Below, piece after piece: positions 19,670 to 29,468 of a stretch of 64,000 nt of DNA. Below the pieces are notes generated by a model that was given only the letters and a program-made list of their open reading frames with translations, was not told where the DNA came from and searched no databases. The first letter of the stretch is position 1, and each line of letters opens with the position of its first letter. The position numbers and the translations under genes are program-made. Origin of the DNA: a candidate division WOR-3 bacterium (GTDB taxonomy: Bacteria; Hydrothermota; Tepidihabitantia; B3-TA06); assembly GCA_965649265.1 (NCBI GenBank), contig CBFGKC010000008.1, forward strand, positions 1-64,000, given 5' to 3'.

Positions 19670-21048
19670 CTTGCACCTCCGAGTGTGACCTGGTCAATCT
19701 TGATGTGTGGGGCGCCCTTGCCCGATTTGGCGTTGAGCTGCATGGGGCCTCCCCCTCCCTTGCCGCAACCGCCGCGTTCGCCGAACTCGAGGTCATCGGC
19801 AATCATGGATATGTTATTCAATGTGGCAAAAAGCTCGCCCGACATGTTGATATCCCTGACCAGCTTTCCGAGCTTGCCGTTCTCGATCTCGTAACCGTAC
19901 TGTGCTCCGAAGGTGAATTGATCGCCCGATGTCTGTCCGCCGTGCGCGCCAATGAGATAGTAACCTTTATCGATCGACGCGATCATCTCCTTGAACGATG
20001 AGGTGCCTTTTTCGATATATATATTGGACATTCGAACGATTGGGGTAAACTGGGGCCCTACCGCCCTCATGTTGCCCGACAAGGGTTCTGCAAACTCGGC
20101 GGCGGTCTCCCTTGAATGCATTCTGCCTGCGAGGACGCCGTTTTTGATGAGTTCTGTCCGGCAAGTCTTTACACCCTCATCGTCCACTGCATGCCACCCG
20201 GGGATTCCGTAAATCGTGCCGTCGTCGGTCACGTTAAGAATGTCGCGTCCGAGTTTTTTGCCTATCTGGAGCTTTGCGAGAAATGCCGGGTTATCCTGCA
20301 ATCCGTCGGCTTCCGAAAGATGCCCAAAGGCCTCGTGTATAAACACCCCGGCCTCATCAGGATCGAGTATAACCGGAAAATTGCCGGCAGGAAGCTGGTC
20401 TGCGGTGGTCAGCTCGACGGCGATCCTTGCTTTTTCCAGGAAGGCCTCTTCCCTTGAGAGAAGTTTTCCGTAGTCGTCCGATCCTCCCACCGAGAAGTTA
20501 GTTGACTGAACTACATTGCCGTTCCGTGCCGTTATACGGAAAACGATGTTGGAGATGAGCAGATCATACTCTATGGCCGTTCCTTCGGAGTTGACGAACC
20601 AGCGGCTTGAGTACCACTCGGAGTATCCTCCATTCACGACAACGACTTTTGGAATATCCAGGAGCAAGTCCCTGTAATGCTTTAGAAGCTCGTGCTTCTC
20701 CTCGAGGGGCCACTTTCTGGGGTCTTTCTCGGGATGGACCAGGAACTTACCTTTCAGTGGTTGAGTCGAGGCAAGCGCAAGTTTCTTGTTCCTGTGGCTG
20801 CCCGATACCGACGAGTCGGATGCACACTGTGCAAGCCCTTTTTCGAGATCATCCGCTTTGGAAAAGGAGTGTATGGCCTTACCGCCGTTGGAATAACAAC
20901 GGATGTGACCGCCACGGCTTGTCGGCGTGGAGAAAACTCTTAGTTCTTTGTTCTGGTAGCTTATATTTATCGACCGGTTCTCCTCGTAACGAATATCGGT
21001 GTAATCAGCCTTGGAGCCACCGACCGCCGACTCTAGTCTTTTTAACAT
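19666..21048 (-). CDS. tldD: TldD metalloprotease
   Basis: HEAFGHLSEAD, DDEGV, RMSNIY, GGCGK. Confidence 0.9.
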   Translation of the reverse strand: MLKRLESAVGGSKADYTDIRYEENRSINISYQNKELRVFSTPTSRGGHIRCYSNGGKAIHSFSKADDLEKGLAQCASDSSVSGSHRNKKLALASTQPLKGKFLVHPEKDPRKWPLEEKHELLKHYRDLLLDIPKVVVVNGGYSEWYSSRWFVNSEGTAIEYDLLISNIVFRITARNGNVVQSTNFSVGGSDDYGKLLSREEAFLEKARIAVELTTADQLPAGNFPVILDPDEAGVFIHEAFGHLSEADGLQDNPAFLAKLQIGKKLGRDILNVTDDGTIYGIPGWHAVDDEGVKTCRTELIKNGVLAGRMHSRETAAEFAEPLSGNMRAVGPQFTPIVRMSNIYIEKGTSSFKEMIASIDKGYYLIGAHGGQTSGDQFTFGAQYGYEIENGKLGKLVRDINMSGELFATLNNISMIADDLEFGERGGCGKGGGGPMQLNAKSGKGAPHIKIDQVTLGGAR

Positions 21049-21220
21049 AGATCCTCGCTTTCGTCGAAAAAAACCTCTTCCAACCGGAACAATACTCTTT
21101 ATAGATTGGATGTCAAGTCAATAGAAGATAATGTCACGTTAGTTTCCTTCGGAATCTTTAAGAGTTTACTTTTTAGTTAATTCCAGCTTGACAATATTGA
21201 CCCTCAGGCTATACTTCTGC

Positions 21221-22870
21221 ATGAACAAGATTACACTTCCTATTCTTTTTATCCTCGCCGCTCTAGTTGCTTGCGGGAAAGAGGATGAACGCGTCCTTGC
21301 ACGCGTGGGAGACGAGACGATAAAAGTCAAGGATTTTTTGACCGTTTACAGCCCCAAAGTCTATCCGACCGAGGCCGCCGAGCTTGAGGCCAAGCAGAGG
21401 ATTCTCGATCGTATGATCGACGATAAGTTGATGGTTTCTGAAGCCAGAAGTCGCGGATATGCGGAGGATTCAGTCATAAAAGCTTCCCTTGAGGATGTCA
21501 AGAAGGAAGCGATGATCAGCGCATTGTACATGAGAGAGGTGGTCGATAAATCCAAGGCTTCTCGCAGTGAAATAAAACGTTTCTACGATGCAGATAAAGA
21601 ACTGCTCGAGTTGCGTTTGGTTCACGTCGAAAACGACACGGTTGCCAGCATGCTTCTCAAAGACCTAGCAAAAGGGGTCCCTTTCGATACCCTGGCAGTA
21701 AGGTACTCCTCCGATCCTACCTCACGCAACGGAGGCAAGATAGGCACTATTCCCTTGTCAAGCTTCTTTGGTTTCGATGCCTTTGATCAATTAGCTAAGC
21801 TGAAGGACGGTCAGGCGACAAAGCCTATCAAGAGCGATATGGGTGGTTTCGACATCTTCTACCTGGTCAAACGGACCAAGAAAGAAAGTCAGCCCGAGTT
21901 GACCAAAGAGATGGAAGCAACGCTAAAACAACGGATTGAAAGCATCAAGCAGTCGAAGCTGAGCCAGGAGAGCCTCAAGAGCTTGCTTGCCGAATCGAAA
22001 ATAGATTACAACAGTTCCGGTCTGGCTCTTCTCACGAAACCGAAGGATTCCTTGACCCAGGAGGAACTTTCCACTTGGATTATCAAGATTGACGGAAAAG
22101 TGGTAGATACGGTTGGTTCTATGCTCTCGATTTACTACCAGTTTCCTGAAGGGGTTCCTCAGGAACGTTTGCAACTCATGGCCGAACGAAAAGCCCAGTA
22201 TCCTGCTCTCGTGAAAGCTGCGGAAAGAAGACATCTCGATAAGGATAAAACCGTCAGCGAAGCTATTGCAAGGTTCGTGGATGCAAGAGTTTCAGAGCGT
22301 CTTTACAAAGAGGAAGTTACGAATAAGGTTACCGTAACGGAAGACGAGATAAAAAACTACTACGAAACCCATCCTAACGAGTTTTTTGTCCCCGAAAGGC
22401 GGAATCTTGCAATTATTCGCTCTTCTTCCTACAGCGACGTAGAGCAAGCTTACGCACTTCTCAAGCAGGGCAAAACCTTTGAAGAGGTTGCCAGGCGTTT
22501 TTCAGACCACCAGTCTTCTTCTCGCGGCGGAGCCGTGGGTTTCAAGTCACAGGACGACGTTTCTTTTAAACCCTTTGTCGAACAAGCTTTCAAGCTTCCC
22601 AAAGGATCATATTCCAGGCCTTTTGAGGTCTACAACGGCTTCGGTATCGTAAAGGTTCTGGATATTCAGGCTTCTTATACCAGAAAATACGAAGACGAAC
22701 GCCTTCGACTGGAACGAAAATTAAGAAGTGAAAAAGAGTTGCAAAGGAAGGAAGAGTTCCTCAAGGCTTTGAGGGCCAAGATCCCTATTAACAAGGACGA
22801 GAAACTGCTCTCCAAAATAGCCAAGGTAAAAGAGGAACCTAAACCTCAGGAAAACCGCGTACAAGGATAA
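21221..22870 (+). CDS. parvulin-type peptidyl-prolyl isomerase lipoprotein with two PPIase domains
   Basis: Lipobox LVAC; FDTLAVRYSSDP..GG and FEEVARRFSD..GG; ATG 21221 follows promoter. Confidence 0.85.
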   Translation: MNKITLPILFILAALVACGKEDERVLARVGDETIKVKDFLTVYSPKVYPTEAAELEAKQRILDRMIDDKLMVSEARSRGYAEDSVIKASLEDVKKEAMISALYMREVVDKSKASRSEIKRFYDADKELLELRLVHVENDTVASMLLKDLAKGVPFDTLAVRYSSDPTSRNGGKIGTIPLSSFFGFDAFDQLAKLKDGQATKPIKSDMGGFDIFYLVKRTKKESQPELTKEMEATLKQRIESIKQSKLSQESLKSLLAESKIDYNSSGLALLTKPKDSLTQEELSTWIIKIDGKVVDTVGSMLSIYYQFPEGVPQERLQLMAERKAQYPALVKAAERRHLDKDKTVSEAIARFVDARVSERLYKEEVTNKVTVTEDEIKNYYETHPNEFFVPERRNLAIIRSSSYSDVEQAYALLKQGKTFEEVARRFSDHQSSSRGGAVGFKSQDDVSFKPFVEQAFKLPKGSYSRPFEVYNGFGIVKVLDIQASYTRKYEDERLRLERKLRSEKELQRKEEFLKALRAKIPINKDEKLLSKIAKVKEEPKPQENRVQG

Positions 22871-22904
22871 GGTAGCGGTTTTTTAATCTAGGAGAAATAT
22901 AATT

Positions 22905-23816
22905 ATGAAGAAAAAATGGCTCCCGTGGGTAATTGTCGGCGCGGCGGTTGTTGTAATCGTAGGTGTACTGTTAATCTGGAATCCTCCTTTCGTGCAGGGA
23001 TTATTCGGCCCGTCCGGCGGCAAGGGAAAGGATGACGCTTCAAAAATCGTTGCTCGAGTAGGTTCCTCAAAGCTTTCCCTTGAAGATTACAAGAGCCTTC
23101 TTGATCTTTACGTTCCGATAAATCAGCGCACTCAGGTCGATCCAATGGAAATAATCAATCTTTGGGTCGAGCAGGAGGTTGTATACCAGCAGGCAAAGAA
23201 GCTGGGGCTCGATAAGAAAGATACGGTTCGTATGGCCCTTGAGCAGCTCAAGTTTGCGTACGAGATGAGCCGGAAAAAACTTCTTTCCCAGGTTTGGCTT
23301 GAGGATGAATCTAAAAAGATAGTCGTTTCCCAGGCCGAGCTGGAAAACTATTTCAACGCACATAAGGAAGAGTTTACCTATGAGGTAAAGCTTTCCCAGA
23401 TCATAGTTGCGGATCCCCTGTCTGCACAGAATATCTACCAGCAGTTGAAGCAAGGTGCTGATTTCAGGAAGATGGCCGCACAGTATACCCTGGACTCTCT
23501 CAAGGGAGAACCGAGCAACTACATTCCTCGCGGATCGGGCTTTTTCACACTCCAGATGGAAGACGCGATTTTTGCCCTTAACCCGGGTCAATTCACCGAG
23601 CCTATCAGCGCGCAGGAGGGCGGCCTGACCATGATCTTCAAGCTTGAGGACAAGCGCAAGACAAGAAAAGAAGTAAGCTTCGCAGAGGTCGCCAACTATC
23701 TGCACGGCATGATTCTTTACGAGCGTTCTCAGCAGATCATCGCCAAGAAACTCGATTCATTAAAGACCGCCGCTCAGAAGGATATCGAAATACGCATGGA
23801 TAACATCATCTATTAG
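22905..23816 (+). CDS. membrane-anchored PrsA/PPIase-like chaperone
   Basis: N-terminal TM helix; GADFRKMAAQYT, AIFALNPGQFTEPI. Confidence 0.8.
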   Translation: MKKKWLPWVIVGAAVVVIVGVLLIWNPPFVQGLFGPSGGKGKDDASKIVARVGSSKLSLEDYKSLLDLYVPINQRTQVDPMEIINLWVEQEVVYQQAKKLGLDKKDTVRMALEQLKFAYEMSRKKLLSQVWLEDESKKIVVSQAELENYFNAHKEEFTYEVKLSQIIVADPLSAQNIYQQLKQGADFRKMAAQYTLDSLKGEPSNYIPRGSGFFTLQMEDAIFALNPGQFTEPISAQEGGLTMIFKLEDKRKTRKEVSFAEVANYLHGMILYERSQQIIAKKLDSLKTAAQKDIEIRMDNIIY

Positions 23817-23823
23817 GGATCCT

Positions 23824-25071
23824 GTGCATTTTATTCTAGCTTTTTTGCTCTTTAGTGGAACGGCCGACCGGGTTGTAGCCATAGTCGATAAAGACCCTAT
23901 CCTCGAGAGCGATGTCGAATTAATGTTGAACCTGGCCCAGCTTGAGGGCCAGGTTCCCGATTCCCTCAAGGACTCCCTCAGGATTGTGCTCCTTGATCGT
24001 CTTATCGCTCAGAAGCTCGTTTTCAAGAAGGCCGCCCAGGATACCAACATTCAAATCGATCGCGACGCAATAGGCCAGAACGTTGACGACCAGCTCGACA
24101 GGTTCTATTCCCAGCTGGATACGCTGCCCCAGGAGGCCGAGGAGATGAAAAAAATGGGATTAACTCGTGAAAGGCTCCGCAGTGTGCTCCTGAATCAGGC
24201 AAGATTCGAGGCCACCGTACAGCAGATTCTTCTGCTCGAGGGAAAGGTACAACCATACGTATCCCCGAACGAGATAAAAGATTATTACGATCTCCACAAG
24301 GATTCCCTGGCAAAGGTGCCGGGATACATCGATCTCGCTTACATTGCACTTGGTATAGGGCCTTCAGAAGCGGAACAGGCCAGGATAACGCGTAAGATTT
24401 CCGAAGTCTATGACATACTTGCGAGGGGAGGGGAGTTCGACGTGGTTGCGGAATCATTTTCCGAGGATCCGAAGACGCGTGCAAACGGCGGGCTTCTGGG
24501 CTGGGTGAAGCGCGGCGATCTTTACCCGGAGATAGACAGCGCTATTTTTTCTCTGCCTGTAGGTAAGGTCTCGGCAGTTCAATCCCGGGAGGGGTATCAC
24601 TTGTTTCTTATTGAAAACCGATCGCCGAACAAGGTTTACGCAAGGCACATCCTTTTTGCCCTTCATGTTACCCGAAGCGATACTCTAAGGGTTTTGAGAA
24701 GAGCCGATGACATCAGATCCGAAATCGTATCGGGCAAGCTCTCTTTTGATCAGGCCGCGGAGCTTTACTCGGAGGACTCATCGACCCGCGAAAGGGGTGG
24801 CTTCATCGGAAGGATTCCCCTGGCCGTTCTTCAGCCTCCATTCGATTCCGTCGTAGGCACCATAGATTCCGGCCAGGTAAGCAGACCCTTTGTTTCCGAT
24901 ATCGGTGTATATCTGGTTTACGCAAAAGATAAGAAGAACGAACGCAATCTTTCCTTCGAGGAGGTGCAGGCACCCATACGAAACTACCTTTCATCGACCA
25001 AGCAGGAGGAATGGGTTGCCGATATCGTGGAAGAGGCAAAAAAGGATTTTTATGTCGAAAAAAGGCAGTAG
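23824..25071 (+). CDS. surA: SurA-like chaperone/PPIase
   Basis: DRVVAIVD..PIL SurA N-domain; two parvulin domains (FSEDP..NGGLLG, ARHIL). Confidence 0.78.
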   Translation: MHFILAFLLFSGTADRVVAIVDKDPILESDVELMLNLAQLEGQVPDSLKDSLRIVLLDRLIAQKLVFKKAAQDTNIQIDRDAIGQNVDDQLDRFYSQLDTLPQEAEEMKKMGLTRERLRSVLLNQARFEATVQQILLLEGKVQPYVSPNEIKDYYDLHKDSLAKVPGYIDLAYIALGIGPSEAEQARITRKISEVYDILARGGEFDVVAESFSEDPKTRANGGLLGWVKRGDLYPEIDSAIFSLPVGKVSAVQSREGYHLFLIENRSPNKVYARHILFALHVTRSDTLRVLRRADDIRSEIVSGKLSFDQAAELYSEDSSTRERGGFIGRIPLAVLQPPFDSVVGTIDSGQVSRPFVSDIGVYLVYAKDKKNERNLSFEEVQAPIRNYLSSTKQEEWVADIVEEAKKDFYVEKRQ

Positions 25072-26593
25072 GGAAACCTCAGCTGCAGCGGCAATTGGCC
25101 TAGAAGAGTTGAGACGCCTGGTTGATGTTACCGGGAAGCTATTATCAACGATAGATTTTGACCGTCTGCTGGAGATAATACTCGAATCCGCCAAGGCGCT
25201 TACCAGAAGCGAAGCCTCTTCCCTCCTCCTCCTGGATGAGAAGGTGGGCAAGCTCAGGTTCGCCGTTGCTACGGGTGAGGCCAAGGATTCCTTAATTGCA
25301 CTCTACGTTCCTCTGGGTGAGGAGAGTATCGCCGGCTACGTTTTTCTGAACGGCAAACCGCTCGTCGTAAACGACGTCAAGAAGGACGGGCGCTGGTATT
25401 CCGGCACGGATAGGGCGACCTCGTTTCAGACAAAATCGATCATAGCCGTTCCGCTCGTTCTTGGGGACAAAACCGTCGGCGTGATAGAGGTGCTTAACAA
25501 GGAAGGTGATGAGGAATTCCTTGAGGAGGACGTCAATCTCCTCGAGCTGCTTGCGGGCCAGGCCGCGCAGGTTCTGCGGAATGCTCAGGAGTATATGGAC
25601 CTGCAGGCCTCAAAGAGGGCAATTGAAGCTTCACATGAACTGCGCTACAGCATAATAGGTAACGATCCAAAGCTGCTCGACGCGCTTGATCTTGCAAAAC
25701 GCGTCTCGGCATCCAATACTACTGTAATAATCACGGGAGAGAGCGGAACCGGCAAGGAACTGCTTGCCCGCTTCATACATCTCAACAGCCCTCGATCTGA
25801 CGGGCCTTTCATTGTCTTGAACTGCGCCGCTATTCCGACAACACTTATCGAGAGCGAGCTTTTCGGTTACGAAAAGGGAGCGTTTACCGGCGCTGCCGCA
25901 CGCAAGGAAGGCAAGTTCGAACAGGCGCACAAGGGCACACTTTTCCTTGACGAAATCGGTGACCTGGGCCTTGAAACCCAGGTAAAGCTTCTCAGGTTTT
26001 TTGAGGAAAAGGAGTTCGAACGGCTGGGCGGCAAGGAGCGTCTTACCGTGGACGCGCGAGTGATTACGGCAACCAACCAGGACATTGCTCAACTCATCAG
26101 GGAAAAAAAATTCAGGGAAGATCTCTACTATCGCATCAACGTTTTTCCCGTGGAGCTTCCTCCTTTGAAGGAAAGGCGCAGCGACGTGAAGCTGCTGGCG
26201 CAACATTTCGTAAGGCTTTTCAATACGGAGACGACAAAAGGTATAGAAAAGATCGACGTCGATGCACTCGCGCTTCTTGAGGATTACGACTGGCCCGGGA
26301 ACGTCAGGGAACTTCGCAATGTTATTGAAAGGGCATTTGTGCTCTCCAGAGGTTCATCAATTTCCAAGGACGATATTGTAATAGGTAAGGGGCCGCACTC
26401 CGAAAGAAGCGACTTGTTTGATGAAGTAAGGCCCTGGCTCGAGGCCGTCCAGAATTTCAAAAGGGAATACCTTTTGCACATCCTGAAAGAAAACCGCGGA
26501 AATCATAAGAAAGCGGCCGAGATGCTTGGAATACAGCCGAGTTACCTGTCAAGGTTAAAGAAAGAACTTGAACTCGAAAAGGAGGAACAGTGA
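25052..26593 (+). CDS. sigma-54-dependent activator with GAF domain and Fis HTH
   Basis: GAF; GESGTGKE, ESELFG, GAFTGA, FLDEIG, WPGNVREL; start ATG 25052. Confidence 0.92.
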   Translation: MSKKGSRETSAAAAIGLEELRRLVDVTGKLLSTIDFDRLLEIILESAKALTRSEASSLLLLDEKVGKLRFAVATGEAKDSLIALYVPLGEESIAGYVFLNGKPLVVNDVKKDGRWYSGTDRATSFQTKSIIAVPLVLGDKTVGVIEVLNKEGDEEFLEEDVNLLELLAGQAAQVLRNAQEYMDLQASKRAIEASHELRYSIIGNDPKLLDALDLAKRVSASNTTVIITGESGTGKELLARFIHLNSPRSDGPFIVLNCAAIPTTLIESELFGYEKGAFTGAAARKEGKFEQAHKGTLFLDEIGDLGLETQVKLLRFFEEKEFERLGGKERLTVDARVITATNQDIAQLIREKKFREDLYYRINVFPVELPPLKERRSDVKLLAQHFVRLFNTETTKGIEKIDVDALALLEDYDWPGNVRELRNVIERAFVLSRGSSISKDDIVIGKGPHSERSDLFDEVRPWLEAVQNFKREYLLHILKENRGNHKKAAEMLGIQPSYLSRLKKELELEKEEQ

Positions 26594-27273
26594 ACGAAGG
26601 TAAGCGCCTTCTCTCGGTTTTTATCGCTCCCTCTGCGTTATTTGGAGATATAAAAGAACGTTCACGATGGTGGCTTCCCCTTTTGATACTTCTTGTTGTT
26701 GCTGCGACGGCGAGCGTCCTGCCAAGACTCACGATTTCTCCCGAAGTTTTTCTTGAAGGCATGCGTCAAAATCTGCCTCAGGGCGTCGAAATGAGTGAAG
26801 AACAGTTGAATGTGCTGGCAGAACAGGCGAGTTCTCCGCTTGCCATTATGGGTACAGCTTTGACCGTGATGATAGTGCAGACGATAATAACATTCTTAGC
26901 TGCACTTGCGTTCTGGGCCATTTTCGCGATCTTTGGCGGGCAAGCAAACTTCGGAAAATCTGTTTCCGTAGTCTCGTACACCGGTCTGGTAACTGCACTT
27001 GGTATGATATTTGTCTCTATCCTGAGTGTAATACTGCAAAGAGTAGACATAATAACTTCTCTCGCCCTTCTTCCTTTCCTGGAACCAGGGTCATTTCTCT
27101 ATCGTTTCGCCGCCCAGATCGATTTGTTTGCGGTATGGAGAATCATCTTGATGGGGCTTGGTTTTTCAATAGTGGTAAACGTCTCGAAGATAAAGGGTTT
27201 TCTTCTTGTTATTATTCCTTGGCTTCTAGTTTCTCTCGCGCTGGCTTCCATTAATATCGGCTTCGGTCGGTGA
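26590..27273 (+). CDS. YIP1 family membrane protein
   Basis: About 5 TM helices; P...F..IKE...WWLP; DLFAVW. Confidence 0.75.
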   Translation: MNEGKRLLSVFIAPSALFGDIKERSRWWLPLLILLVVAATASVLPRLTISPEVFLEGMRQNLPQGVEMSEEQLNVLAEQASSPLAIMGTALTVMIVQTIITFLAALAFWAIFAIFGGQANFGKSVSVVSYTGLVTALGMIFVSILSVILQRVDIITSLALLPFLEPGSFLYRFAAQIDLFAVWRIILMGLGFSIVVNVSKIKGFLLVIIPWLLVSLALASINIGFGR

Positions 27274-29468
27274 TCCAATCTGATGTTTTAATTATCGGTG
27301 CAGGGCCGGGGGGATCGGAGGCGGCCTACAGGCTCTCTGAAGCAGGCTTGCGGGTGGTTGTTCTTGAGAAGTTTTCACTCGATCGTGAAAAAGCCTGCGG
27401 TGGGGCGATACAGACCGGCGAGCTGCTTGAGTTCGGACCCCCTCCCCCCAATGTCGTAGAAAGGATTATCAAATCCTCGCGGGTTTTCGGTCCTGGGGGC
27501 TCTTTTCTCGAAATATCCACCGTGCATGAAAATGAATCGGGCATCACCGTCAAGCGATCAAGTTATGACCGTTGGCTTCAGCAAAGAGCCGAAAAAGCAC
27601 AGTTCATCGACAATGCCAATATTGCCAGCCTCATGTATAATAACGGAAAGTGGCTTGCGGTAATCAATACCCCGGTGGGTGATACCGGGGTCGAATCGGC
27701 CCTTCTTATTCATGCTGCTGGTGCCAACTCATCTCTTCTTGATGCAAAACTAGGACTTCCGCCGCACTCTCTGGAAGGTATGGGTATAACCTGCCAGTTC
27801 TGGCTTGATGCGGGAAAAGGCAAACTCGACAGGGCCTTTGGGAACTCGATTGAATTTCATTTCATCCCTGATCGCATCCCTGGAGGGTATTTCTGGCTTT
27901 TCCCGAAAAGGGATATTCTTGTTGCAGGCGTCGGCACCACGCTCGACCTCGTGCGCGAAAGGCGGCTTTCCTTAAAAAAAGAGCTCGAGAATTTCCTTGG
28001 CGAGAACCTGGAACGCCTCGACATCGGCGCGTCCATCTCGCGCATCAGGCAGGATGGAGGAAAGATGCCCATGAGTTTCAGAAAGCCTCTATTCGGCAAT
28101 GGTTTCCTCGTAATCGGTGACGCCGCGGGTGTCGGGTCAATAATACACGGAGGAGGCATATACCAGGCTCGCAAGTCGGCGCTTTTCGCGGCGGACTCCG
28201 CGTTGGAGTTTCTCGAGGGAAAGAAGAATGCTCTGAGCGAATACCAGGACAGGGTTTTAGAATATTTTACGGAGCATGAGAGGAGATGGGACAGCCGGCT
28301 TAAACCATTTCTCACAGAGACCGATCTCGTAAGCCTTCTTCTCGAAAGAAGCAACGCCGATCAATCGGTGCGAGACGGCCTCGGGATACTTCTTTCATCC
28401 ACACAAACCCATCGCAAGTCGTACGAGCTTATTGAAGCGGCATCCTTCGGTCTTATCGCCGGGGAACTCGACGAGATAATAAAAGAAGAACGCGAGGTTA
28501 TTGACAAGGAACTTCGCAAGCTTTTCCCCGATGAAAGCCAGCTTCATCAAATGATCAACGAGGTTTTGCTTCAGGGCGGCAAGAGGCTGAGAGCCGTTCT
28601 TGTTCTTCTGGTCGGCCAGGCTCTCGGTGCCGGGCTTGAGGAACTTCTTCCCGTGGCTATGGCTTACGAGGTAAGTCACACCGCTTCTCTCATCCACGAC
28701 GACATTATAGACGGGGGCGAGTGGCGCAGGGGAGCCAGGACTCTGCATCGCAAGTACGGGGTAGGTCACGCTATAACCGCCGGGGACGCCTTGATCATCA
28801 AGGGCTTCGAGATGATGGCGGACTACGAAGGTCGTGACGGCATCGACAAATCCAAGCTCGTAAAACTCATCAACGTCGGATGTCGTTCCGGGCTTGAGGC
28901 TTCGGAAGGCGAGGTGCGCGACATCAATTTTTCTCCCAAGGAAATAGAACAGAAATCAGTCGAGGATTACGTGGAGCTCATCAGACTCAAGACGGGCGCC
29001 CTTATAGAGGCTGCAACCGAGGCCGGAGCTTTGATATCAGGAGCTTCCCCGGAAGTCTCTCTCTCCATGCGAGAGTTCGGGAGGGATCTCGGCATAGCCT
29101 TTCAAATCTACGATGATGCTAAGGATCTTCTTGCGGCATCCACCGTAAGCTTGAAATCGAGGTTTACTGATATAAAGAAGGGCAAACTTACTGCGCAGCT
29201 TATACATACCGTTCACGCCGCGTCAAAAGATGACCGCGACAGGCTCCTTGATCTTTTATCCCTTGGAACCCTGGACGGCGCAGATGAAATAATCGAGCTG
29301 TACAGGCGATACGACGCACTCGGTTTTAACCAGAGGCTTTCGAGCGAGTACCTCTCGCGGGCATCAAAAAAAATCGCGGCCCTCCCACCGTCACGTTACA
29401 GGCAAAAACTCGAAGGGATACTTAGGGTTCTCGGTTACTGGACGAAACTGGCCCCGGATACCGCATGA
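27270..29468 (+). CDS. fusion of geranylgeranyl-reductase-family flavoprotein and polyprenyl diphosphate synthase
   Basis: N-half GAGPGG, KACGG, GYFWLFPK, GDAAG, GGGIYQA; C-half GGKRLR, HDDIID..RRG, KTGAL, FQIYDDAKD. Confidence 0.88.
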   Translation: MIQSDVLIIGAGPGGSEAAYRLSEAGLRVVVLEKFSLDREKACGGAIQTGELLEFGPPPPNVVERIIKSSRVFGPGGSFLEISTVHENESGITVKRSSYDRWLQQRAEKAQFIDNANIASLMYNNGKWLAVINTPVGDTGVESALLIHAAGANSSLLDAKLGLPPHSLEGMGITCQFWLDAGKGKLDRAFGNSIEFHFIPDRIPGGYFWLFPKRDILVAGVGTTLDLVRERRLSLKKELENFLGENLERLDIGASISRIRQDGGKMPMSFRKPLFGNGFLVIGDAAGVGSIIHGGGIYQARKSALFAADSALEFLEGKKNALSEYQDRVLEYFTEHERRWDSRLKPFLTETDLVSLLLERSNADQSVRDGLGILLSSTQTHRKSYELIEAASFGLIAGELDEIIKEEREVIDKELRKLFPDESQLHQMINEVLLQGGKRLRAVLVLLVGQALGAGLEELLPVAMAYEVSHTASLIHDDIIDGGEWRRGARTLHRKYGVGHAITAGDALIIKGFEMMADYEGRDGIDKSKLVKLINVGCRSGLEASEGEVRDINFSPKEIEQKSVEDYVELIRLKTGALIEAATEAGALISGASPEVSLSMREFGRDLGIAFQIYDDAKDLLAASTVSLKSRFTDIKKGKLTAQLIHTVHAASKDDRDRLLDLLSLGTLDGADEIIELYRRYDALGFNQRLSSEYLSRASKKIAALPPSRYRQKLEGILRVLGYWTKLAPDTA

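Noticed and set aside
18365-21048. TldD/PmbA as part of a RiPP cluster
   Set aside because: No precursor peptide or YcaO/radical-SAM maturase is adjacent
24890-25051. N-terminal extension of the sigma-54 activator
   Set aside because: Overlaps surA by about 180 nt; ATG 25052 is more plausible
21221-25071. Three tandem PPIase genes as a novel system
   Set aside because: Clusters of parvulin/SurA-type genes are a known housekeeping arrangement in several diderm lineages
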